Shown piece after piece: positions 27,408 to 41,560 of a stretch of DNA of 64,000 bases. The notes under the pieces are model-generated. The model saw nothing but the letters and a program-made list of their open reading frames with translations, was not told the origin of the DNA and searched no databases. The position numbers and the translations under genes are program-made. Numbering within the stretch: position 1 is the stretch's first letter; the number at the start of each line of letters is the position of its first letter. This stretch comes from Octopus sinensis. Taxonomy: Eukaryota. The DNA lies in contig NC_042997.1 of NCBI RefSeq assembly GCF_006345805.1, positions 197,160,001 to 197,224,000 of the forward strand, given 5' to 3'.

Positions 27408-27641
27408 GCCATGCTGCAGCAACGCGTTTAATCGAACGCAGGTCTTATTCTTTGTAAGCCTAGTACATATTCTAACGGTCCCTTTAGCCCAACCGCGAAG
27501 TTGTGGGTACATAAGCACGCCCACATCGGTTGCCTAGCGGTGTTGGAGGTACTTCTTTTAAGCATAGTACCTGTTTTATCAATTTTATTTGCTGGACCGC
27601 TATATAACGGGGGACGTTATCAAACGAACACCGACTGTCAA
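27408..27641 (-). repeat. Left arm of a 234-bp inverted repeat (diverged, doubled type A SINE 3' part)
   Basis: Reverse complement of 28427-28660 with about 5 differences. Confidence 0.93.
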
Positions 27642-27924
27642 CGAGTGAGGGGAACAAACACAAAAATACGCTCAAATCGACATATACGTATATACATACA
27701 CACAGGCACATAAAACGGAGATGTCAAAGAAATAAACGAGTTCATCTTATGAACTTCGTTATCTTACGGAAGTTTCCGCTACAAGATACGATGGACTCAC
27801 AGCTGTTTCTCATTTTACTCGTAGCTCTGACAGAAGGCAGTATCCAGTGTACCGTGCAGAGGAACTGAATCCAGAGTCACTGGTTTGTGATGTAAATTTC
27901 TTTACATACAGTGTGCGTGTATGT

Positions 27925-28237
27925 ACGTATGTATATACATATTGCACCTAGAAAGTTGCCTTCCGAGGTACATGTCTGGACAAGGTTGTTTATGGAAGGT
28001 CAGCAGTCGCCCATGCATACCAGCCTCCCTTCTTTACACCACTGATGTTATTCAAAGGGAAGGCAAAGGCCGATACAGCTTGGCACCAGTGACATTGCAA
28101 CTCATTTCTACAGCTGAGTTAACTGGAGCAACGTGAAATAAAATGTCTTGCTCAAGAACACAACACGCAGCCCGGTCCGGGAATCGAACTCACAACCTCA
28201 CGAACGTAAGCTTCACGCTCTAACCACTGAGACATGC
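27925..28237 (-). mobile_element. tRNA-derived SINE, type D (tgtgttcttgagcaagacac, tail aactttctaggtgcaat)
   Basis: Same family as 49098-49388 (+). Confidence 0.85.
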
Positions 28238-28426
28238 AGGTTCTCATATATATGTATATACATACATACATATATAAGTGTGTATGTGTGTGTGTGTTTG
28301 TATGTGTGTATTATATATATATATGTATGTGCGTATGTATATATGTATACATATATATGTATGTTTATGTATGCTTATAGATATGCATACATAAATACAA
28401 TACATGTGTATGCGTATATATATATA

Positions 28427-28660
28427 TTGACAGTCGGTGTTCGTTTGATAACGTCCCCCGTTATATAGCGGTCCAGCAAATAAAATTGATAAAACAGGTA
28501 CTATGCTTAAAAAGAGTACCTCCAACACCGCTAGGCAACCGATGTGGGCGTGCTTATGTACCCACAACTTCGCGGTTGGGCTAAAGGGACCGTTAGAAAA
28601 AGTACTAGGCTTACAAAGAATAAGTCCTGCGTTCGATTAAACGCGTTGCTGCAGCATGGC
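28427..28660 (+). repeat. Right arm of the 234-bp inverted repeat
   Basis: See left arm; truncated by the SINE starting at 28661. Confidence 0.93.
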
Positions 28661-28820
28661 GCAGGAGTGGCTATGTGGTAAGTAGCTTGCTAACCAACCT
28701 CATAGTTCCGGGTTCAGTCCCACTGCGTGGCACCTTGGGCAAGTGTCTTCTGCTATAGCCCCGGGCCGACCAATGCCTTGTGAGTGGATTTGGTAGACGG
28801 AAACTGAAAGAAGCATGTCG

Positions 28821-28853
<33 letters not shown>

Positions 28854-29070
28854 TTGTGTGTCTGTGTTTGTCCCCCTAGCATTGCTTGACAACCGATGCT
28901 GGTGTGTTTACGTCCCCGTCACTTAGCGGTTCGGCAAAAAGAGACCGATAGAATAAGTACTGGGCTTACAAAGAATAAGTCCCGGGGTCGATTTGTTCGA
29001 CTAAAGGCGGTGCTCCAGCATGGCCGCAGTCAAATGACTGAAACAAGTAAAAGAGTAAAGAGTAAAGAGT
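28661..29070 (+). mobile_element. Type A SINE, young-looking
   Basis: Full copy close to the other full-length copies. Confidence 0.92.
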
Positions 29071-30599
29071 ATATATATATATATGTACATATACATGTAT
29101 ATACATATATATCTAGTACTATTGTGAGTACCTAAGACTAACAAAATCTAGCAATGAGATAAGATCTCAACACCATTTTGTAAAGTTGTACAGCATTGTA
29201 TCTATTTCTATATATTAGCTGAATGCTAGACAACTTACAAAAGTTTTCTCATGCATTTGTTTCCAAATCATAATAAGACGAATTTATAAGTGTAGCTGAA
29301 TTGAGGGGAAAAGCTAAAACCTTGAAAAAAATAAAGTATTATTATTTTTTACCCCTAACAATATGAATGAGCTTTATAATTCATATGTCGCACAATCACT
29401 TCCTCCCACTCGATCGGAACTCTGAAAATCCTGTTTAATGATCAATTTGTTTTGTTTTTTTTCATTATATGCTGTATATAGCTTTACGAGACTTGTTTAC
29501 AGCTGAAGTTGTTTACGAATCTATTCGCTTATTCTATTATTCAATTACCACATATTTACCTTTGCCTTAACTTTAATTATATCTTTATTTTCAATCCTAC
29601 ACAGATTAAATCTCTCTCAGTATATTCCTTCCAGTTTTAAGAAGATTGTTTTGCTCTTGCTATTCGTTAATCATGTTCCATATAGCTTTGTCTTAAATTT
29701 AATTGTATCTTAATGTTAATTATTATTACTGCTCACCTGCAATGCTTTCGCACTTGTAATGCCACGAATCTTCTGACACACAATTTGGATTTGCTCAATG
29801 AAAATGAATGCGCCAAATGAAGAAAAAAGACATAAGGGCAGAATCGAATGTGTTAAGTTATGCTCTTTCCCGAGGAGAAGTAAAAGCATTAAAAGCCGGA
29901 AGAGAAAAAGAAAAACGCACGATATCAAATTGAGTATATTTATAAACACTGTTAAAAAAGCGGGGAAATTTTATAAAGTTTGAAGCTAAGTTCAGTTAGT
30001 GGTATGGTTTTTCTCCTGTGCTATGATTGTTGCGTTGCCACTTCTCGGTTTTATTTACTCTTCCTTACGAGAACAAACGGGCAGTTGTTGACTAGTTGTC
30101 TAGTTCCATTGTCTAAGAGCAATTTAAAGAACCTAATGTTCTAAATTCTGTGTATTTGTCTCATTTAATGCTTCTCATTTTCAATCGAGCAACTAATAAT
30201 ATTTATCCAGTGTGTTGTGCATGCTATCACAAATTTATTATGAAGTGTGTATAAGTAAATGTTTATGTCAGAAACACATAAACACAACCATCCCTTGGAA
30301 ATTCCTCGCAACCTAATCTGAGCAGAAGACAATTTCTCTTCAAAACACCATTCATTTTCTGAACGTCGTTTCTCCATATTGGAATACTACGGTAATTTGC
30401 AAAACACACATAGATTTGAACGTGTTTACATAGATGCACACATAAAAATATGCATACAAATGTATCAGCATACTTCTATGTATATCTATGCGTGCAATTA
30501 TGTGTATGTAGACAAACATATATCCTTAAACATGCACACATATATGCATACATGTATACATACAGACACATATAGGTACATACGTATATACAGACACAG

Positions 30600-30676
<77 letters not shown>

Positions 30677-31506
30677 GTATATGTATACACACATATATGA
30701 ACACCTCAATCATTTCTTTGCTAGAACTATCTGAAAAGTTTAATGGATGTGCTTTGTTAAGTACTGAGATTTCATTATGGCTATTCATTTCTAGAATGTA
30801 CAGAATTCTATAAGGATACTATGTTAACCTTTCAGAATATTTGGTTCTTTCACTGAAAGATATTTCTAAAATACACTGCAAAATAACAGTTTTTCTTTCG
30901 CTAAGACCTATGTGCAACCGATTGCGTACTGTCGCTGTCATAATATGATCTTTATATTATGAAAAACGTAGGTAGATATAGAGGAACAATATAAGAGAAA
31001 TGGAAAAAAGTATTTAGAAATATTTCATTGGAGAAATGTTCTCATTCATAATAAATATATCAATAAATATATAAAAGTATGAAGAAATAAAGGTGTCAGA
31101 AACAAAACCTGAACGTTTTTTTCTTGGTTGAAATATTTTCTGATCCAAAAATATCTTTACATGTTGTGCACGAGAGATAGGTAAATTAAGAAATATAAGT
31201 GTTATATAACTTCTAGTAATCATTATGATGTTGAAAGACGTTCTCAATGTGCCCATGTCGTTTTGTATTTGTTCCTGAAAATGGGCCATATTAGTCGATG
31301 TTCTTCATAATTTTCGGCCAGAATTACGATTTACAGATTTGTGTTCTAGCACTACGATACTAGGATTTGGAAGAACCTCGTGCAGATACTCACGTAGTTC
31401 TGTATTCACAAAGACACGCTACACACGCAGACAACGCACACACTCGCACATGCATATGAATGTGTGTGTATGTATATATATATATATTATATATATATAT
31501 ATATAT

Positions 31507-31541
<35 letters not shown>

Positions 31542-31717
31542 TGGATAGGGTAGGGAGATAAGTTGGCAGACAAATATAAATACATCTAAACGACTTGATT
31601 AGTTTTGTCGTGCAGATTAACCGCTTCTGGTGCCATTTCGCGCATTTCCCAAATCATTTCTCAAGCGCGCATGCATGCATACATGCATACGTAAGGCATA
31701 CGTACACACATAAATAA

Positions 31718-31764
<47 letters not shown>

Positions 31765-31949
31765 CCAGGGACTGGAATGTAGGAAGCTGGAAAGTTTCAA
31801 ACAGTGAGTGGCAGCTATAGACAAGAAAACGTGGACAGTATACAATAAGATACAATAATAATATTTTGGCAATGAGATTTACACAATATTTCCCATAACG
31901 AAGTTGCGAGGAAGGAAGAGTGAAAGTTGTGGTGAAAGGGTACAGTAGG

Positions 31950-32093
31950 AGTCGCCACCACACCCTGCCGGAGCCTCGTGGAGCTTCAGGTGTTTTCGCT
32001 CAATAAACACTCACAACGCCCGGTCTAGGAATTGAAACCGCGATCCTACGACTGCGAGTCCGTTACCCTAACCACTGGGCCATTGCACCTCCA
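31950..32093 (-). mobile_element. Type C SINE, 5' part
   Basis: Reverse complement of ggaggtgcaatggcccagtggttaggg...tttattgagcgaaaacacc. Confidence 0.85.
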
Positions 32094-33039
32094 CGCACCG
32101 GGGAATAGATATGCGGTGAAGATAATTTGATGGATTAGATATTTTATTCCCATTTTTGTTCTAATTTTTCTAAGTCCGCAATTCTGAAGAAAAAGTGATG
32201 GCAGTTCCATCGGCCCCAGTGCTCAGCAGGTGTGTATTTTATTGATCCTGAGAAGATGATAGGTAAAGACGTCGTCGGCGGTACTTGAACTCAGAACGTG
32301 AAGAACCGGAGTAAGAATTATGCTTACGATTCAACCAGATCGCCGCCTTTACTAACGTTTAGTAACATGACTATGAGAATGATATAAAAGAGAATCAAGC
32401 AACTTCCTTCTGACATGACTTGTCTAATGGACACTAATAACTCAGTAGAAAAGGTTAAACTCCTAAATGTGAAGTTAATAAAAAAATGCTGGACTACAGA
32501 CTCGGAAATAGTTTATAGAAATGATGCTCATGGGAAAATGTTATGTAATACAAAACGGAAAATCGAAGAATTACTAGAAAATTATTCCAACCGTGAATTA
32601 CTGAAGAAAGCTTCACTTTGAAGTTGTGTTAAGTAAAAACTATTATCCATGTTATAAAAATGAAATGTTTATAACCAGAAATCTACTTTAGGAATATATA
32701 GTGATCGAGAGAGAGAGGGGGTAGGTGTGTTTTATATAACGTTGGGAGAAATCTAGAAACATTAGGGAGGATAGGTTCGATTAAATCGATCAGCATGTTT
32801 GACTGGGAGTTAATTTATTGATCCCGAAATGATGAAAGGTACAGCTGGAAATGGGAATTCAATTCTGTAATGAAAAGGACGTAAATTTATACCGCAGAGC
32901 ATTAAATATGATACTCTACTGACTGAGTGCATTAGTAGTAATAATAATAATAATAATTCTGGATCGATGAATAAAGTGCTAATGAAACACTGGGGTCGAT
33001 GTAAAAATGGCCGCCCTTGTGGCCAAAGTTGAAACTTAT

Positions 33040-33572
33040 TATTATCATCATCATCATCATCATCATTATTATTATTGCCTTTGCAAAGCTTCTAACGCTG
33101 GATATGTACTACGGTACCAGCTGTTCATTACCAGCGAACTAAGGTAACACCCCTTATTTTTCGAGTTCCATCCGGAGTATTCGTGTGGTTCCAGGCAGTG
33201 CTGTTTTCTGCAAGTGCTCCGCCCTTATTGCAGCCCCTATTTGTTCCATGTACTTCTCAAGATTTTTACTCAATGTTCCCAGGGCTCCGACAATTAATGG
33301 TACTACTACCACCTTTTTCATCGACCACAACTACTTAAACTCCCACGCTAACCTGTCATATCTATCAACATTTCTTTCTTCGTTATCGCATCCCTTGTTA
33401 TCAGCTGGGCATGCTACATCTATGATCCAACATCGTTTGCTTTCTTTCTCAATTAAGACTATATCTGGCTTCCTATTCTCTATCCCATGGTCGCACTGAA
33501 TCATAAAATCGCATAGGTTCTTTGCTTTAACATTTTCGATGACGCCTTCGAGTTGATGTTCGTACCACGTAT
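33040..33572 (-). mobile_element. 5'-truncated R4/Dong-like non-LTR retrotransposon (REL endonuclease, 3'UTR, AAT tail)
   Basis: WYEHQLEGVIEN...DFMIQCDHGIENRKPDIVLIEKESKRCWIIDVACPAD...KVVVVPLIVGALG: PD-(D/E)xK REL motif. Confidence 0.9.
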
Positions 33573-34481
33573 TGTTATTATTATTATCATTGTTATCATC
33601 ATCATCGTTATTATCATCATTGTTATCATCATTATTGTTATTATTATCACCATTGTTATTATCATTATTATTATTATTATTATTAAAGCAGTGAGTTAGT
33701 ACAGTCGTTAGCATGCCGGACAAAATGGTTAGTAGCCTTGGTCGACTTTGTCTTTTGTCTTTTTCAGGGTCGACAAAATAAGTACCGGTTGCGTATACTG
33801 GGGTAGATGTAATCGAGCAGCCGCTTTCCTCAAAATATCCGACCCTGTATCAATAGTAAAATGCGTTGTTGTCGTACAACATCTGTATCCACGACAGCAT
33901 TTAAATCGCCAGCATCTATACACTATAATATCCTTTACGTCTAAGCACTCATAAAATCTTAGTAAACGAGTAGACAAGATGTCCGTTTGCGCTATGTGGA
34001 TCTAAGGCTTAAGTCTTCATTAACTAAGTGCATGAAGAAGATGACATGGTTTGACTGCAGCACGGTTTTTCACAACGTTTCATGCTATTAGATGTTTGAT
34101 TCTTATGTATTAATGAGTTACGTCAGTATTGTAATGGGAACTGCATGGCAAATGTAGCGTTAATGAACGATAAAAAGAAATGTACAGCCAGTCCGAACCA
34201 GCATCTGGATTGGAAGTATCTACGGCGCCCCATTGTCGACTGAATTGTGTGGTGAGACGTAAGGATCAGTAAAATGTAGGTGCGAGACAGACAGAGAAAG
34301 AGAGAGAAAGGGAGAAGTAAATAAATGAATAAATAAATAAATAAATAAATACATAGAGAAAGAAAGTTATACAAGTGATGGATGCAGAGAAAGGGAAAGC
34401 GAGAAAAATGGTGGGAATAGAAGTATTACATATAAAAGAAGTAAAAGAAGAGAAAATGTGAGCGAAAGCTAGAGAGGGTTA

Positions 34482-35404
<923 letters not shown>

Positions 35405-36714
35405 AAATAGAAGAGATAGATGTAATGGATAGGAAAGCAAGAGAGAAACAGACAGAAATGTATGTAAGAGACAGTTAAAAATAGGAAGAACGAAAGGGGA
35501 AAATATTAATGAGGGGCACACAATGGGAAAGATAGAAAGAAAAAAAAAAAACAGGGAGGAGCAGAATATATATCTAAGGTATCTTGTAAAGAATTAAAGA
35601 TAGGAATTGTAGAATAATTTGAAAAGATCCCAACCGAGATATAACAAGATCCTCAGAAGGTTATAAGCAAAACATGAATCGATTCCAGATGTATTCTACT
35701 TCCTGCAAGTGATAAACAAAACTTATTGAACATGCAATAATATCTTAATGCACCACAAACTGTTATTGCTGCTCTGAGCTAAGCATTTCATCTCTTGTTA
35801 TTTTCCTACAACCGAACCTTTATCATAAGGAAACAACGGCAGAAGAAAAGAAAAAGGCAAGCGTCCGGCAAATAAAAACAATTCGTTTCTCGAGTAAATT
35901 GAATTTCCAGTAAACCTTTTTTTTTTTTTTTGGGTTTTTTCTTTGTGTGTGTTTTCTCTCTAAGGGAAATACTTTGTAGCATTATTCAGAAAACAATAAA
36001 ATAAACAATGTTATTAAATAAAATGGAAAGGATACAGCATTAATGCGAATCCGTAATCGTAGTGCAACACATTTCTGTTCTCACTGGTTCCGGCCACTAG
36101 GCTGTGGATGGATATAACATTTGTATATTCCAATGGTATATCCACGGCGATGTATATTTACAACGTATCAAAGATAAATTCGAATGTATCGCCTGTAAAT
36201 GCTATAGAAATTAGATAGATAGATAGATAGATAGATACATACATACATACATACATACATACATACATACATACATACATACATACATACATACATACAT
36301 ACATACATACATACATACGAACGTACGATGTAACACACTGCCTAAATACCAATCTTGAGAAATTACGCTTCTCAAAATAAGAAATGAGAAAGCTAATTCG
36401 AAGACTACAGTTCCAATCCATTACTGGAACTGTAAAAATCTGTAAAATTTTCCGGAAGTTTATCATTTAAATATATATTAGTATGTCTAGATATGCAACT
36501 ATATGCATGAAAATACATACATAAAACAAACAAATCTGCACATACGTACATACATACATACATACATACATACATACATACATACATACATACAAAAATA
36601 CCTTGTTATGTTGAAATTCCAATGAAGGAACCTTGGATCTAGGTTAGAAACTTATTCTTTTTTGGCAAGAAATCTTGAAATAAACTGAATAATGACATAC
36701 ATAAATACATACAC

Positions 36715-37085
36715 ACATACAAACATACCTATGAGCTACAGCAAATATTCTGTTCAATACCACAGATTTGCTTGTCAGTTGTTTGACCTTAATCATTTGA
36801 GTGACTGGCGATATGTGCATCTCTAATCATGTGCAGAAGTAGTGGGGTGCATCATAGCCATGTGTTGAGGGAAATTCCTGGGATTTGGATAATTCACTTT
36901 TGGAAACATGGGCGTTTTATTCAACATCCTTAAACAAGCCTGATTCAGGAACCTTTTGAGCAGAATAGGCTACTCGACCTGAAACAAAAATCTAACTGGG
37001 CCCCGCCTACAAGGTCATATGCTGTTTATCTTGATATGAGATAACTATGTCTTGCACATCACATGGTTGTGATGCATGTGCCAGC
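36715..37085 (+). mobile_element. Interspersed repeat family X, partial copy
   Basis: Colinear with 60665-61025 (gctacagcaaatattctg...ctaactgggcccc...atggttgtgatgcatgtg). Confidence 0.8.
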
Positions 37086-37305
37086 CAAATGACTCAAACA
37101 AGGAAAATAGTACATATATATATATATATATATGATGTGTGTGTGTGTGTGTGTGTGTGTGTGTCTGTGCGTGTATGCGTGCGCGCATATAAAATTCAGT
37201 TTAATTAGGTATTTAAATTCAGGCAGCTCGTTAGGTCGTAATAATACACGCACAGAACTGCATTATGTAAATATCAAACTTAGTACGGAAGTACCGGCCG
37301 AATGA

Positions 37306-37708
37306 TATTCTTTTCTACTCTAGGCACAAGACAATAAATTTTGAGGGAGGAGAACAGTCGATTAGATCGACCCTAGGACGCAAGAGGTACTTAATTTATC
37401 GACCCCGAAAGGATGAAAGGCAAAGTCGACCACGGCGGAATTTGACCCAAGAACATAAAGACAAACGGAATACCTATTTCTTTACTACCCACAAGGGGCT
37501 AAACTCAGAGAGGACAAACAAGGACAGACAAACGGATTAGGTCGATTATATCGACTCCAATGCGTAACTGGTACTTATTTAATCGACCCCGAAAGGATGA
37601 TAGGCAAAGTCGACCTCGGCGGAATTTGAACTCAGAACATAGCAGCAGAAGAAATACCGCTAAGCATTTCGCCCGGTGTGCTAACGCTTCTGCCAGCTCA
37701 CCGCCTTA
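37306..37708 (-). mobile_element. Dimeric type B SINE
   Basis: Head, body, tail 1, then the body restarts at gtatt(c/t)cgt and ends in tail 2. Confidence 0.88.
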
Positions 37709-37793
37709 TCGGCCGAATGATATTATTGTAATGTATGTAGACAATTAGACCCAGCTGAGTGAAGAAATCCGCTCTTGATATATATCCAGGCAT

Positions 37794-37877
<84 letters not shown>

Positions 37878-38109
37878 AGGTAAATGTGTGCAATACATAG
37901 ACATATATCTATCCTACTTCTATGCTTCTGTATATACACACTCATAAGCACAGACATTCACACATACATGCATACAGAAGTACATACATACACACACACA
38001 GACATGCATACGTACATACGCATATTCCAGGGAGATAGCATTTCTGTACTTTTTTTTTTTCATTTTGGCACTGAATCCATTGCACAAAACAAATGGTTAC
38101 ATGCTAGGA

Positions 38110-39463
38110 TCTTCAACTGTTAGAAATATCAATGTAACTCATAATTTTTTTGTAGACGACCTGAAGATTTATGCTTAAAAGTGTTAACAATGCCAAAATG
38201 ATATCACCATATTCAGCTGATATAGGCATGGAATTTGGCCAAAAGAAATGTTTATATTTGTTTATAGAACGAGGAAAGTCAGTCTTCCAAACTAAAACCT
38301 CTGCATCAACATTCTATCTCCCCCATTCCACACAAAGAATGTTACAACTATCTAGCTATAGATGAAAATATATTATAGGGAGGCACTGTGAATAAAGATG
38401 GAGTGAGTCCGGGAATATTACACCAGACGAAGGAAAATATGGCAGCCGGAACTCTCCTCTTACAACGAAACAATACCCCACAATGCATTTGCAGTACCAG
38501 TGCTGATCCTAACATTTGAGATATTTGATTGGTCTGTAGAAGAAATCCACTCCATAGATATCAAAACCCGCAAAATCCTGACAACAGCTTGGAACTTCAA
38601 CAGAAATAGTGATGTTCACAGGCTCAACCTAGGAAGAAATGAAGGTGGTAGAGGCTTGTGATCAGTGCAGACGGCCTTCGAATGCCGTATGGTATCACTC
38701 AGGCAGTACCTGCTAAACAACGGCGGCGAAAATTAATATATACATACGGAGCTGAAAAGTGAAGCGAGCAACATTGTACGAGTTGGCAGTGAGCTCTTCA
38801 AGAAGCATTCTGTTCCTTATGATATCCAATACATCCCCAAAACAGCTGGGCTCTCTTACCCCAGAGAAGACCTTGATGGAAAGCACTCAACTTGCAAAAA
38901 TATAAAAAAAGACTATGCATGAGTATGTTACCCGGAAACTTCAAGAAGACGGTAGAGTTGACACGAAGCAGTCTCAATTGGACACAAGACCAGTACATCA
39001 CATCACAATTTGAGGCTCATACGTTTGCAATCCAGGAACAGGAGATTGCCACAAAGTAATGGTGAACAAAAGAGAGACAGTGACGCTCTTGTAATCCCAA
39101 GGTGCAACCGCATGTGTAGGCTATGTCATGGTTCTGTGAAAGACATCACGCATGTGATTAGTAGCTGTCCTAAAATGCCGTCACGGTACTACCTCCCTAC
39201 GCGGCATGATGTCGCTAAAACTATTTACAATGCCATCTGCAAGAAAGACTGCTCTGAAATAAACTTAGAAAATTCCTCTGTTATGGAATACATTCATAAA
39301 CACCAACTCAAAGAATAGTGGTGGAATATCTCCATCAATACGTCTGTCCACTGGAAACATAGGCCAGATATTGTTGTTTGGTGTAGATGGAAAAGGTATG
39401 TATCATCATAGAGGTCAGCTCCCCTATGGATATAAATATCTCTTTGAAAATCAAAGAAAAAGA

Positions 39464-39499
<36 letters not shown>

Positions 39500-39800
39500 A
39501 CAACTGCTTCGAAACCTTCAGCTTCTATATCCAGACTATGAATTCATATTCATGCCAATATTGGATCACTAGGTTTTGTTAGTAAATGCTTAAAGTATAA
39601 TGTGGATAAACTGGGATTTTCAGAAAAAGAGATCGACCAGCTAATTCGTACATTACTAGTGCAATCTGTGAGTGGAACAGTAAAAATATGCAAGATTTTC
39701 TCAAGTTCCAAATGTGAATTTGTATTAACTGCATCCCATAGATGGAACCTTGTATCGTTGTCGGAGACTGGGTCCCTTCTCAGTGTAAGATTTATAATAA
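38110..39800 (+). mobile_element. Decayed R4/Dong-like non-LTR retrotransposon: RT C-half, CCHC knuckle, REL
   Basis: HNFFVDDLK, DIGMEFGQKKC, AFAVPVL, DVHRLNLGRNEGGRGL, CRLCHGSVKDITHVISSC, RHD, HRPDIVVW, EVSSPMD; many stops and frameshifts. Confidence 0.92.
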
Positions 39801-40904
39801 GTATTAAAAAAATAGAAGAAACATACATACACAGTTATGCAAAGTGGCACTCAGCGCATATTTTGATATATACCAGAAAGGAAAATTAAACAGAATCGTT
39901 TAACAGTCAAGAATAAATGAATGAAAAAAAACGATACAGGAATTATTTTCGGATCAACTTTTGCCTTCAACTTAAATTAATGATGGAATTTTATTCAAAT
40001 TTCTTGCAAATTTCCTGATAAAGGAAATTCAGGATTTCCTGAAAAAGGAAATCACTCCCGCCATTTCAGCTTACGATTAATTTGTATCTATTTTAAAAGC
40101 GATAGTTTTACCTCAGATTATGTAAACATTTTATTTACTCACTATTTTGTATCTGAGCTTAATTGCAGTTGCTATTCCGCACGCCAATCTAGCCAATTCA
40201 TATTACTTTGAATGTGTGACTAATTTAATTAGTGATCAATATGGTGTTCAATTCGTAGGTAATTTACTAGATTTGCTTTTCCTCTGAGAGTGATCTGTCA
40301 TAGACCATGTCAGAATAATCTTCTTACTTTTCTGTGTGGCCATGTAAAAACAAACTACATTTAAATTTGTTTACTTTTAAACGTGTAGGCGTCTAAAACT
40401 TTTGTCTAACTGCAATAGAATATCCAATGCAAAATGTTTGAGCGAAAAGCTATTTAATACGCATTTGATCACGTCATTGACAAATGCATGATATGCAAAT
40501 AGATTTAGCCATATCAGCGAAGAAATAATTTGCGAGCGGTTGAAATAGCAAAATTAGTGACTGATTTAAATAGTGACTGACTTCATTAGGGAGCTTTCTC
40601 TCTGAATAGGGGCCAATCACCCTTGACAAAACCAGAAAAACCAACAGCTTTTACTCCATGCAAGAAAAATTAAATGATGCATTGAAATGTTTTTTCCAGT
40701 GAACAAGCCTGATAAACTGCAATGAATTTGTCTTAGGTTTTCTTATACACTCCCTATGTGCCAAAAATATTCATATATAAGTATATAAGTGCACATAATT
40801 ATAAAAGCACGACTTAGCAATTAGTGACAATTGAATTTTTTTATGGTTTTATATTGCGTGTAGGCAGCTACCTCCGTTATTTTATATACACACACACACA
40901 CACA

Positions 40905-40974
<70 letters not shown>

Positions 40975-40978
<4 letters not shown>

Positions 40979-41307
40979 TCTTTTACACGTTTCAATCATT
41001 TGACTTCAGATAAGCTGGAGCACTGCCTCAAGTCGAACAAATCGACCCCAGGACTTATTCTTTGTAAGCCTAGTACTTATATCGGTCTCTTTTGCCGAAT
41101 AGCTAAGTTTCAGGGACATAAACACAGACACAAACACACACACACACACACGACGGCATTCTTTCAGATTCTCTCTACCAAATCCGGTCACAAGGTTTTG
41201 GTCAGCCCGAAGCCATAGTAGAAGACACTTGCCAAAGGTGCCACGCAATAGGACTGAATACAGAGGCATGTATTCGGGAAGCAAGCTTCTTACCACACAG
41301 CTACGCC
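40975..41307 (-). mobile_element. Type A SINE, diverged, with internal deletion
   Basis: Reverse-complement head and tail. Confidence 0.85.
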
Positions 41308-41327
41308 GACATATATATATATATATA

Positions 41328-41560
41328 TAAAGTTAATCCAAACATGAAAACACAAAGAGAAAGCACAACAACGCGAGAACGTGGAACAAATATAGTGTAA
41401 TTGGACGCTCAGGAAGGAAGGGAAGAAGAAGGGTTTTACCTTTCGAGCGGAGCTCTTCGTTAGAAACATAGGAAAAGGAAAGATCCAGAGAAGGGAAGAC
41501 GGAGGAAAAAAATATCGCCAACGGTACACACGCGGTCAAATTTTGTATATATATATATAT
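41328..41560 (-). mobile_element. Penelope-like terminal fragment with decayed hammerhead-like core (41433-41467)
   Basis: Reverse complement GTTT-CTAACGA-A-GAGC-TCC-GCTC-GAAA-GGT-A-AAAC; related to 45530-45740. Confidence 0.55.

Noticed and set aside
31394-31399. 6-nt AG..GT cassette on the minus strand
   Set aside because: Kept only as a control showing that micro-exon-like patterns arise on either strand
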